Below the pieces are notes generated by a model. The model was not told the DNA's origin. It searched no databases and worked only from the letters and a program-made list of their open reading frames with translations. The position numbers and the translations under genes were made by a program. From NCBI RefSeq assembly GCF_000400465.1, contig NW_008806285.1:20001-268000 (forward strand): a stretch of 248,000 nt of DNA, read 5' to 3'. Numbering within the stretch: the stretch's first letter is position 1; the number at the start of each line of letters is the position of its first letter. This document shows, piece after piece, positions 29,306-42,300 of this stretch. Origin of the DNA: Wallemia ichthyophaga EXF-994 (taxonomy: Eukaryota; Fungi; Basidiomycota).

Positions 29306-31193
29306 TTAAGCACCGAAGCTTTGACCTACACCGACACTCTCACTCAAGTTGGATTCACCGACGTATGTAAAACCTTGGAATTGTCCTTGTACAGTTTGTG
29401 ATAAATGGCTGTCCTCAACTACACTATCTTGAGGTGCTTCAGATGTGAATTCTTCATCAAAGTTGCTGGTATCAATTGCAGATGCAACAGCAGGCTTGAA
29501 TGGTGGCTGAATTTTCTTTGATGACAATCTCTTCCATTCAATATTGTTAACGAAGAATGGATGATCTTTGATTTCTTGGGCACCATTGTATCCTAATCTA
29601 GCAGATGGGTTACGATGTAACAATCTCGACAAAATATCTTTCGCATCTGGACTAAACTCGTCACCAAATCTGAGTGGATCTTGAAGAATCTTTCTATACA
29701 TTTCGTTGGTATTTTCATCGTAAAATGGTGGTAGACCTGACAACATTTCATAAAGCAAAACGCCGAGTGTCCACCAATCAACTGATTTAGTATATCCCTT
29801 ATTCAAAAGTAATTCCGGAGCGAGGTATTCAGGTGTACCGCAGAAGGTGTTAGTTGTCTCGTTTTCTGTCATGTTCAATTTACACAGACCAAAATCACAC
29901 AACGCGATGTGTCCTGTGTAATCCAACAAGATATTTTCGGGTTTGAGATCTCTGTAGACGACATTGAAGCCGTGCAAGTGCTCCAGTGCCAACAACAATT
30001 CAGCTGTATAGAATCTCGACCTAGCCTCGTTGAATCGGCCTTCACGTTGCAAATGGTGGAACAGTTCGCCACCGTTGACAAATGCAAGAACGAGATAAAG
30101 CTTTTCAGTTGATTGGAAACTGAATTTCAAAGGTACGATAAATGGGTTATTGACTTGAGCGAGAACAGTTCTTTCTGCTAGAGTGTGTGTAACTTCGGAT
30201 CGATTGACAATATGTGCTTTGCGGATCGTTTTCAATGCATATATACGCGAAGTGTCTCTCTTTCTTACTTGCATCACTTTGCCGAATGATCCTTTACCGA
30301 TAACCTTGAGTAGATCGAAGTCCTCGATTGTCAGTGATGAGGCTCTTGCTTGGAATGAGACTTGAATAAGCATGTGACCAGAGCCACCTGCCACAGGATA
30401 CCAAGATTCTGTTGCGCGCTTGAGTAGAGTTAGAAAGGTGACTACTGTAATAAATTACCTACGTTTGACTCAAAATCTGGAATGAATTTAACAGCACCCA
30501 AAAAGAGATCAGAGTTGCCCATATCATTTAATCCAGTGGCATTTTGACCAGGTAGATTGCTTGATCCGGTTCTTAGGTAGGTAGATATAGCTATCTCGCT
30601 AGCTCTCGAAACATCACTTGAGATTTATGTAAACAACGAGCATATCTGCTGATAGGATACTCACAAATGAGCCTTGTACATCCAAACAGGCTGGTCGAGT
30701 CTACCACCGAGCGCATCAACAAGAATTTCATTCTTATCGAATTCCATAACGATATAAGGGAGCCACCAGCACTGTTTGCGTTGCATGCTGTCCCTGTTGT
30801 TGGAGCTGTAAGAGGACTGACGTGCGTGGTTGACAGATGTGGAGGTGACGCTTGCGGCAGCAGCAGCAGCCTGTGTGGCTAAAGCTTTCTCAATTTGTTG
30901 CGGAAGTGACTGACCCGGCAATTCCAAATCGCGGGCTTCGACGACTCTGATGGTAAGGACACCTGAACGATGAATAGGAGCGCCAGAAGCGGTAGAAACG
31001 GAGGTACCGTTAGTGGAAGGAGAAGAGGAGATTACAGGGGAAGCTGTGGAAGTCTGTCTAGATTGAGTGGATAGATTTGAGGAAGATGACTTTGAGCTGA
31101 GTGGGTTAGCTTCTTTGAGTTCTTTCAAGTGTTAGCTGATTGTATAATAACATATGGTGACGCACTTCTGCCTAATTTCCATGTACTTGACAT
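29306..31193 (-). CDS. YPK1: AGC kinase Ypk1/Gad8 type
   Basis: GKGSFGKV, YRDLKPEN, TFCGTPEY, hydrophobic motif FQGFTY; N-terminal C2-like exon (EFDKNEILVDA). Confidence 0.92.
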
Positions 31194-31512
31194 AGCGTCT
31201 TAATGTTTGAATCAAAGGAATATTCATCTCGAGGTTTGTAAAAACTAAAGCTGAAAATTGATTTTATTGTTGCAATATATTGTAGAATGCTTGAAATATA
31301 GAAATCGTATTCCATTTAGCGTAAATTTCATTTCCACTCGCTTACACCTTCGATTACGTTGGGTACCTCAGGGACAATATTCTAAATACTTCCTGATATA
31401 CCCATCTAGCACGCTCGTTTATAATTATGGTCTCGGTTTTCCATTCCTTTAGGCCTTCCTTCCGTGAAGACAAATGCAACACAGCCAATAACCCACCCAG
31501 TACAAAGCCTTC

Positions 31513-32325
31513 ATGACATTACCAAATCACAATGAGACCTTAGGTGTATGTTCAAGACTAGCTGATGAGCTTGTGAATTCAATTATCGGTTTTGATTTCA
31601 ATACCGACGACTTGACAATATCACAGAATCAATTACCCCAGGAACTTGACATTAGACTGTCCAGCGCACCAAATACAACAACCACGCGTAGAATTTTCAC
31701 TCCATTAAAGAGTACACGTCGGAGGAAGACACCAAGCTCACTCAAACGTTATGATCGCGGGTGGTGTGCGTACTGGAAAGGCAAGTCTGTTTAAATTAAA
31801 CCTAGACACTTTTTATCTCAATCAAGCTGCTAGTATCACTCAGCGCACCGAGGTCACATCTCATTCACTCTGAAACATCAACCCCAACATCTATTCTATT
31901 CGATCAATTTGGACGACGGGGAGAATTCGTTTGAACTTATGATACTAAGTTTGAATGACACAACTGAATTAGATTATGGTGTTGATGGAAATGCTAGTAA
32001 GGATGTTGACACAATACTAAAACATGCCGTACATCTCTACACTCAAATACTATATCAAGAGTTGAGAGATTTCAGCTGTAATAGCACGAAATCGCTTGAC
32101 ATGCACATTCATGTTTGTAGCTAGATGATTGAACCAGCCAAGTTGCTTACTGCCAGTAATGGTTTATTGGCGCTACAGCAGCATGTATTACCAATTATGT
32201 TACGCCTAGCTACATGTATAAATGTCTTACCTGTCACTGCACGCGCTGACAGTCTCACCGATCGTCAGAGATACTTGGATTCAGCGAGAGAATATCTACA
32301 CCAGAATCTAATACTCATAGAATGA
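31513..32325 (+). CDS. Hypothetical multi-exon protein
   Basis: Three short consecutive ORFs with plausible splice signals; no recognisable motif. Confidence 0.3.
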
Positions 32326-32921
32326 TTTCCATTTAGAGAATTTCAATATAGTCAACCGAGTTGATCAAGATTCGTCAAAGTCACTTCGTCCACTCCATCT
32401 GTACCTTACGACGATACTTCGACTTCAGTTCACCTCGATCCAGCTCCATACGTTATTGTTATACCAGAACCATTCGAGAGACCATTGAAAACTAGGAAGT
32501 ACAGATGGGGAACTGTGAATGTTTTTGATGATGAACAAACAGATTTCAACGCTTTGCATAATGTTTTATTTGGCGCTAATTCGGATGTTAGAGGCTTTAA
32601 CTTGAATATTACAACTAACAAGAATAACCGCAGTCTCTGAGAGCGCGCATTAGAGAAACACTTTCCGAAAGTTTCAGAAAGGAAACTCTCACAGATATTC
32701 AGCAAAAGAAAAGATAAACATTTATCAAATACAACTAATCAATTGGGACAAAATCAATTACTATCATTTCTATGTTGTAAACAGACTTGTTAGCCAAAAA
32801 TATCGGAAAAGTTTTCGAAGGTATGTATTTCCTACTGTTTTTCTTTTTTTTTTCTTATCGATGCATAATTTTGTTTATCAACATTAAAATACATGTAATG
32901 TAATTATAATAAATAAAGTTA

Positions 32922-35900
32922 TTACCACGACAACTTCTTATCAAACCCTTGCAAAATTTGATCTAAACCGTCTAACTCCTCAGTATCAATCTCATTCTGT
33001 GCTTTTTTATACAGCAGCCCGCAATCAAGATTGACACAAGGCACGTCTTGAGAGGGAAGCGTATGAGCGCATGATGCGCAAATTGTATGAAAATCTCTCA
33101 TCTTCGATTGAGTTCTATAGTTCCTACTAAGCAGCTTGTATACAGTATCACTGATATTTGAATCCGCTCTACAACTACTACAAATTGCTTCTTTTGAGGC
33201 TTCACCGCATGTTTCACACGTTCCACTTCGAACGTAATTGCCAATCACACCACCTCTCCGTGTATGTGTAAATGGTTTCCTAGCCTCCGCTTTGAATTTT
33301 CTAGACATTGTCGCATACCATGAGTGTACATCAGCGCCCATAAGGTTAAATATCCTCTCTAATGGTGGAATGAGCACTCTCTCTATGTAGTACTTCGCAT
33401 CTATTCGCAAATTGCCATTTCTAAGTATTTCCTCGGGTTTTACTGCTCTGTCTACTTGTCGATCAGAGCTGCCTTCAGTGATTACATAAGGTACTCTTTC
33501 ACCGTAATGAGCTGCTGCTCGTGGATCATCCGTCAGCGCTTTCGTTGCTACCATTACTCCAGGTATTGGAACGACATTGTTGGAGTATGTCCCTAGTCTT
33601 ACTTCCTTGGCAAATGTAAAGTCCTGAATAGAGACTCGGCCTTGGATGACCTTGTTGAATTGTCTCACGCAGTATTCCTTTACTTGTGATAGGTCTGATG
33701 TTTTATATAATACTCTGAGTGACGAGTGTTAGATATTCTCATGATCAATAATGCCACCCACTTTAAAGCTGCTTCCACCATCTTTGCCTGAGCAGGTACG
33801 CCATCTCGACGAACAGTCTCGATACCTTTGGCTTCAAATACGCCCACTGTATCTGACGATCGCTCAAACATGTTCCCAGTGTACCGCTTCTTTGCTAATA
33901 GGACTGACGGCAAATACATCTGGAACAGGTTTAGCAAACAACATGTTTAAACAACATGCTCACCTTCTCTAACTTTAACTTTATAGGTCGTGGATTAGAC
34001 TTTGTGACAGCCTCAGCAATAGCTGCGCCAGTTTCGAATGCCTCTTTCTGAGATTTACCTTTGAGTCTGACAAAGAGTGAATCAGTGTCGCCATAGACGA
34101 CATCAGCACCCCATTCCTCATTTCTTTCAATAAATTGAATAGCCTAAAACAATAACGTTATTTAAGCAGTAATGAAGCATCAACCGCCTACCCTTTCTAA
34201 TGTCTCCCTCCCAGTTTGGACAATCGAATCAGCTAGCTCTACACTTGGCATTCGACCACTATAACTGGCCGACGTATATCCGTATGTGACATTTGCCATG
34301 AGCTTAAGAGAGAGCTGCCTGGCATGTTGCAATTTCTTGAGATACTTTGGAAATAGTTAGGACTACTGATCATAACAACCGACGACCTACCTTGTCATCT
34401 CTGTTCTCTTGCATAGATTCTTTGATCATGATGCGCGTATCCAACAGTTCCGCCAGCATTTTTGATAGAAGTGACTTGCGCACGTGTGGCTTGACATACA
34501 TCAGCCCATTAGGTGCGACTGCTAGGTTGTTAGATAACAGTATTTCCAATGTTTCACTCACAATTTATATCATTTTTGAGGGCATCGAGTATTTTTGATG
34601 ACTCAGCATGATCGATGATCCCAAATTTATACTTGCTGTCATAAGGTTTCACACGTCCCAGGCAAGTTGAATAGCAGTAATTGTACGCAAGAATAATGGA
34701 AGGATATAAAGACTGAAAGTCAAGCACTATGACAGGATCTTTGTAGAACGCAGACTGGGGTTCCATGACCAAGGGCAAAGCTTCAGCAGCTTGTTGACTG
34801 CCCACTTGGTTTCTGGACGGCGAAATCAACACGTAGTTTTCGGGCTTAGCGATCCGGAACATTAATGCTTCGACTTTGAATTGCGAGCCACGCGATATGA
34901 CACTATAGAAATCTACACCGATCGTGCGAGCAAATTCACTGCTTTTATTAGGTATAGGACTGGTAGAAAGGGAGTCTACTCACGCTGTTTTTGTAATTAT
35001 CTCCATTGAGTCGAGTATATCACCAATTAATTTGACCCTTGATGTAAAGACATCTAGTACTCTAGCGAAGGAAGATGCATTTCCAGAAACCCACCACTGG
35101 CTCAGAGTTACTGGTTCATACTTTGGGACTCTGAATTGTGTAAGCTGGATATTAAAGTAAACCTTTCACCCACCTTCGCTTTAATAGACTATGAGTAACG
35201 TGCTCGAATGTCGTCTGTGGCAAACTCAATTCAGAGCGCGCCAGTCTCCAGACGTTAAAAACATGTCTACCTGGTGAGGTGAAGGTACTGGTTTTCATCT
35301 CAGCCCATCGTTCACCCCCATTAATATTCCGCATCGTCCTAGATTTGATTCTAGACGTCTCCTCACTCAATTCTAATCCAATTTCTATGCGTGTCCGCTC
35401 GACTAGGTATCCCCACGACCCCAGCTCCGTATCCCAGCCTGCGAGGATATCAGGATCAAAATGCTGCACTTTATCTATAAGGGTGAATATTAAATCCGCT
35501 TCGTTGATAGCAATTTCCATATCGTATCCGTCTAATTTGTATTTGGTTTCGCCTTCAACGACTATCATACCCCTTTCTACATCCTCATTCATGTCGTGGT
35601 AGGAAAAAAAAACAGCCTCGACTGGATTATACTCAGGATTAGACACTTTCGTGTTGTTGCTCCTCGCGAAAACCTCGACAACCATCATCGTAAGTTGGGT
35701 TTGAACGTCGTGCTCTCGCGGCTCATACTTTTTTCCTCCACTGGCCGTCGATGCATCTAAACCGTAAACTTGTCCCGAAGGCGGTCCTTCAATCTGCAGC
35801 AACGTTAGCTGGCAAAAGCAATGTATTAGTAACCAACCTGAGTATGAAAAACCTTCTGAGAACTGGCTTTCTTGCTTTTGTAATCAGCTACCACGCTGCG

Positions 35901-37895
35901 CTTTGAGGGAGGCAATGGGGCATACTCAAAATATCTAGCTCCTCTCGTCGAGTAAGTATCGCAGCTCCCATCCCAGCTTGGTATGACGTCGCCTTTCAGT
36001 ACAAACACCCTTCCTGCGTATTCTCGGGGTCTTTCAGGAACGTCTGATGCATTAGAATAGTAAGGATCGCGATAAATCTTCGTTGGGGCTCTCTGTTCTT
36101 TTAGGGACTGCAAAGCTTCTTCGATGGTAGGTGGTGGAATGCTGTATTTGTAAATACTCTTATCCTGGTTTATTCGTGGTGCTTGTGACTTTCGCGGTGT
36201 AGTTACACTATTCTGCGATGAGCTTAGCAGCTTTCGCGGTGTTGCCTCTTCGATCTTTGTGTGAATCATACCGATTGTAAGACCTGGTGTAACTTGGCGC
36301 TGAGATAGGTTGGCTAGAATCTCCTCATATTCTTGTGAGGCGAGCAAATCGCTGCTGTTTGATCGACTTCTTTTTCTCTGTGGCTGTTCGCTCTCCTGGC
36401 TATCTGGAACGACTTCCAGAGTTGGTTCACGTTTCAATGGTGTCTCTGAAGATTTATACATTGAGTCCATTAGTGAAAGCTGCTTCATTGATCCTTTACT
36501 ATCGCTTAGCATTGTGCTTTCTCGGCCGCTCAAAGCCCTCCCTGGAAATTCATGAAGACCAGTATTTTGAGCAAAGCTATCAAATGGGTTGTTGTCGATA
36601 TCCATATTCATTACGTTTGACTTTTGAGTAGCCAGCTGTTGACTGACGATCGGCTCTATATCCTTGTTGGGTTGAGATGATGAAATATCTAAGTACTGAC
36701 TGCTATCCTCATTCCGGAGCTCCTTTCGTCGTTCTGAAGGATGGAAGAGAGCCTCAGTACTCTCGAACACAGTCATCAAGTGGTGCTCCTCAGTAAAAGG
36801 TGGCGCAAAATCTGCGCCGTTATTGGTATCTGAAATCCTATCAAAAAATGAGTCTAAGATATCGTCTAGATTGTCCCACAAAGGAAAAGTGGCAGAATCA
36901 TTGCGACCTCCTTTAACACTCCCCTGAATCTGGATTGATGATGGTAAACCCTTGGCTTCACGTCTTTTCTCTTCGTTTAACCATAATTCTCTAAGAGAAG
37001 GTAGAAGCTTTTCGTCAGGAACCAGCTCTTCGTAAGGAGCGTTGTGTATGTAACGTGGTGCTATCCTATACCTATTTTCAATCCAGGAAGCACGAACGTC
37101 AAACTCAAGCACGCAATTGGTGTCTCTTGGAATGTTGTGTGTGTCTTTCTCGTCTATTGTTGATGCATTGATAACATTCTCTGCTACAACTTGATCGCTA
37201 TGCCAGTCATACACGGTAGGCTCTGTGATTATGAGAACAGTGCAAGGAATGTAAAATAAACACACACCTGGTAAAGGGTACCTGTACTTAGCTTGGGATA
37301 ACTCAAGCCAATCGCATCCGTAGAGGTTGAAATCGGTAAAGAACTGAAGCAGATAAGGAGAATGTGATTCAAAAGGCTGAAAAGTGGAATTCATTAGCTG
37401 ACCGGACTCCATCAACTGCACCAGTCTGGGAATATGCTTGGGATCATTCATCATTATCTTTAGAAACGGACGTGTTCCGACATTGTAGCCATAAAAAGGG
37501 GTACCTTTGCAAATAACAATAGCACGGACGAATTGTGTGGTAGACAGCTTGTCACTCATGTTTCTCCGCAGGCTAAAAGCGAGAGACTGATTGATAGACA
37601 AGCCTAATTGGTGAACATAGTCGCGCACTGAGGAGATGATCAGAGATGACGATCATAAAGGGTGATAAGAGCGCGTACCTTTTTCAGGGGTGACGCTATG
37701 CTTGTACTCTATGTAGAAATAAGGGTAGATGCCGTGTACGTGAGCGCAGGCCATTTGGCCCGTATCAAGCCTGCCGAAAACGCGTATAACGGGAACGGTG
37801 GCCAGTGGGAATGGAGAGAAATTACTGACATTATCATCAAAATAAGAAATTGGTTTAAATAAATTAAAATCTAAGTTGGAAATTCGTATTTTCAT
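32922..37895 (-). CDS. REV3: DNA polymerase zeta catalytic subunit
   Basis: VHGIYPYFY; family B motifs [21 protein letters not shown]; C-terminal Cys cluster. Confidence 0.95.
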
Positions 37896-38014
37896 TATTT
37901 CATCTTCTTGGAAGGGAATTGATCGTCGGCGTTAGATTGAGAAAGGCGTTGGCGCTTGTTGGATTGTGGACTGCAGAAATTTATTAAATTCGTCTAGTTA
38001 CAAGAAACAGACAA

Positions 38015-38690
38015 TTACTGTTGCTTTGAGAAGTACTCAGACTTGTTGCCTGGGTTGATGGTTGAGCTGTTGGTCTCTGGGTTCCAGTCAGCTGGGCAAA
38101 CTTCACCGTGGACGTCAGTGAATTGGAATGCCTTGACAAGACGGATCGATTCTTCGACCGAGCGTCCAACTGGGAGGTCGTTGACGGTGATTTGGCGGAG
38201 TGTTCCCTTTGGATCGATCAAGAATGAGCCACGGAGGGTTACACCTTCGTCGAGGAGAACGCCGTAGTTCTTTGCTACCTTGTGTGACTTGTCTGAGAGG
38301 AGTGGGAGCTTGAGGTCTGGGCCGAGACCACCTTCGTTACGTGGAACATTTGCCCAGGCCAAGTGGGTGAATTCTGAGTCGGTGGATGCACCGAGAACTT
38401 CAACGCCAAGCTCCTTGAACTTTGGGAGTGCCTTGTTGAAGGCCAAAATCTCAGTTGGACACACAAATGTGAAATCCATTGGGTAGAAGAAGAGTATGAG
38501 CCTTCCCTGTGTCAGTTTTCACTGTAGCGTGCTTACAAACTCACCATTTGCCCTCGTATGTCTTGTTTGTAACTTCCTCGAACAGTCCTTCCTACAAGCT
38601 GTAAGCGAAGGTCATCGAAACACTTCTTTTACTCACGCGAACGGCGGTACCGCTGATTTCTGGTGCTGGCTTTCCGATTAATGAGGCCAT
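38015..38690 (-). CDS. TSA1: Typical 2-Cys peroxiredoxin
   Basis: [30 protein letters not shown]. Confidence 0.95.
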
Positions 38691-39357
38691 TTCTGTTGAG
38701 CACGTTAGCGGTAAAGATTGTTGATATTTAAACTCACTTGAGTTGCTGATTGTAGGAAAAGAAGGTGTAGGAGCTCAAGTCGATTTTAAATCACAATGCT
38801 ACATCATTTAACAACGTTTACCCGCTTTGGCTTCAATGTTTAGGCAGCGCTACATCATAATTAGCCTCTATCCTTCCTTTGAAATATTTCCTTCGTCTGC
38901 ATATCCGAAGCAATCACGTAATCTTGGTGGTTATCCTACAATTTCGGAAACTTCTGGATGTTACTGCAGCCTAATACTATTTATTCTGTATTCTTCTGCT
39001 GCGTTCAGTCTTCTCGCTTAAACGTATCTAGACTTATCTTTAAATGTCCGATGAGACCGTTGAGTCAGCTTAAATTAGTTCCTAAAAATAAGATGCGCGA
39101 CATGCTTAATTTACTGAGCTATTCTTGTTTTTATTACTCTTTTGCCCTCTAGCTGGCCTTTATTACTCGCAATTACATCAGTCCATCAAAATGTCAAGCC
39201 AGCATGCTTTGTGATTGCGCTCTGATATGCAGAAGCACCACATTTATTGCGATGTAGAGCATTTTCAACAACCCCTCACGTTCTTCAATGCGATACAGGT
39301 AAACGTAAATCGTGCATGAGTAAAAATCTAAATGAAAATAAACAAAACAAAACTATA

Positions 39358-42300
39358 TTACCAAAATGCACACCATCCTACGAAAGCCATACAAAGGACC
39401 TCGAGAGAAGTGGCTTGTAATATAAGTTTGTCAACTTGCTCACCCACAGTGAGTGTCTCAGTTGGTTTGAAGTCACGACCTGTTTCAAGTTAGACTGTTT
39501 TGGCTGTTTCTTACCAGCAACACTCACCTGATAACTTTGCTTCAACTCTTCTCATGACAGCTAATGCTCTTCTGTTCACAGGCTCCGGTCTTCGGTCGTT
39601 ACCTATTGTCTCGTCCCTAACACCATTCTCTACCAGATTTCTTTCATCTGCCACACTCCGTCTATTCTTTGCACTCGATGGATCTGTAACTACGTAAGCT
39701 AAACAACAGTCGGTAACTGTTCACCTACCAATGTTCTCCGCATCCAAACGCCAATTAATCAATGGATCGTGAACAAATGCAGCCAATACAGCCATGAGAG
39801 AATCTCTGTTATTCCTCAACACACTCATGACAATATCACAAGTACGCTTAAATGATCCCTCGACACCACACACCTCCATTGCCAAAACGAGCATTCTAGT
39901 CAATCTGAAAGGCATTCTCTCTGGATACTTATCTCTATGCTGAGCAACTTCGAAGCTATCACCGAAATCAATGTGGATAACTCCACCAGTAATTCTATCA
40001 ATCAGCAGATTCGAAGGATGTCTGTCACCAAGACCTAGGATATAACCAACCATACTCATCACTGCCAAGCTACGTGTGTAATTTGTTCGACGTTCCAACC
40101 AAGCTTCACTATTTCTAGATTTCAGCCAAAGAATTCTGTAAAGATCTTGACCAGTGGTATTGTCGAGAGCGTACTCGAAGACTTCCAACTTGTTGAGGTG
40201 ACACAGGTGGTCGAAATCTGGAGCCATTTGCAGCATCAATCTGTGCTCAATGTTCAATAGAATCTTTCTAGTCTCGCGATAGTCCCTGATCAGCATGTGC
40301 ATCGTATCAGTGTTTTGCACCCATCCTAAAAGACCAGAGTTTGGAGAGATTGGTATAACGGAAAATCTGTGAATGGACAAATGACGTTTGAATGACTCCG
40401 GATTTACGGAAAGGAGAAGATTGATGAGGCCGAACAATTGCATCGCACGCTCATCTTGGCGAAGATCTTCATGTCCTTTCAACAGATACATATACTCCTT
40501 TCCATCACTACCCCTGATCTCCATCTTTCTTGGCCTTTGCTTCGTAGTCAACACCGACAATCTGGGAACGACCGCTGCTATTCTGATGACTGGCTTTCCT
40601 GATTGGTACGTACCAGGCACAGCCAAGTCGAGATCTTTGGCGTTAAGTAAGCGTGGGGCCACATACTGTAGTTCGATAGCAGTGAGCGCGGTGACCTGCT
40701 TCTCAATCTTCCTGAACACTGGGTAATACAGATCCCAAGCCTGGTTGAGGTCTGCCGCATGTTTGGTATGCTTCCACTTCCTGCAGTAGTCTCTAGCTTC
40801 TATCAACTCCCTAGAGAACGCCTGAACGAATGAAGTCTCACGCAAAGTCTCTGGACCTCTATCGAGCAAGTCATGCAATGGCTTGAGCGTCTCAATCATA
40901 GCAGCTGGGTTATGATGTACGAAGTAATGTCTGGATGCCTCTTCCAATCCTTCGTGCCACATTTCATTCCAAAGTATAGCAACCCTGATCAATTCATTAG
41001 AAACTAGTCCAGCTTGTTCAACCAGCTTGGGTGAATGCTCGCGCATCCTGTCCATTATAGCCAATGCAGCAGCTTTACGAGTCTGAGATTGAGATTTCGA
41101 CGCCACTGTGAGTGGATAGATCAATGCTTGTGGGTGGGCTCTCCCAACAGCACATAAGAGCTGATGGATCAATCTCCGAACGTTCAAGTTTGGTGCGTGG
41201 ATCCTAGCAATGATCTGCGGTATAACCTCCAGCCAAGTATCGACAGAGATGGTAGTGAATCCTTGAGACAGCGTTGAAGAGACGTCTTCGTGATAGCCGA
41301 ATTGAAACCACAATGTTAGCAGACGAAGCGTGTCCTGGAGGGAGTTACCGCCAGACAAGGCAATAGACTTGAAGAATGCCTGTACAGCAGGTACAATATG
41401 TGTGACTAGAGTCTCTGGCTCAACTTCTTCGCTAGCATTCTCGAGATGAGCGATAACTTCGAAGTTGGCCAGCGCAAAGGTGTGCCAAGCCTTATACCAA
41501 CTAGGGTCAAGTTGTGTGGCTTGGTAGAATGCACCGAGGATGTCATCAGCATCGTTGATAAACCAGTCCTCCTGAAGAGCAACCTGCCACTGACCTTGCT
41601 TGAAGTAACATCTAGCCAGTAAGTTTTTGTATTCTGTGATTTTGCCCTGCTTGTAGTACTCATTAGCAATAGCACGTGAGCTCTCAGTTGGGTTCAGGCC
41701 AAGGTCGTTGGATAGAGATGCCGTGAAATCTCTCAACCAATTCAAAGACTCGTCTTGAGCACCCTTTGCCCAAGTGAATTTGAGATGAGCGTAAATGACC
41801 TGTGGAGGGGCTTTTTGGGTAGTGCTGTTCGAGTAAACGCTTGGATCCGGCCCGAGGAGGGAGTTAATAACTTTTTCAGCCAGGAACATTCTATCAGACT
41901 TTCTGCATAAGTTGGCGAACTTGATCCACATCTGTGTGTCTTCTGCTGGAGACAGAACAAGTGTGCGCACTTGCAATATCCTCTGCCAGACTTCAACATC
42001 CGGTTGTGCGCCCTTCAATCTTCCCAAAATGTCAGTAAACACAGAAGTAAAAGATGATATCTCACCTCTTCATCCAAGTCTTGCGTATCGTCGATTGGCG
42101 GTCGGGTTGGTCAGCGAAGAGTTTATACTGAATGATTTCTTCCAGTTCAGCCAGCATCTGCACACGAACCACAACATTGTATGCTCGACCGTAAGACTCA
42201 GTAACTAGAGAAGTGAGTTCGCTGTCCAGACTCTCGCGCGCTTTCGTGATATGGTGGAGAGCCTTCTGGTAGTGCGAGTCGTGCACCGAGAGGATAGCTC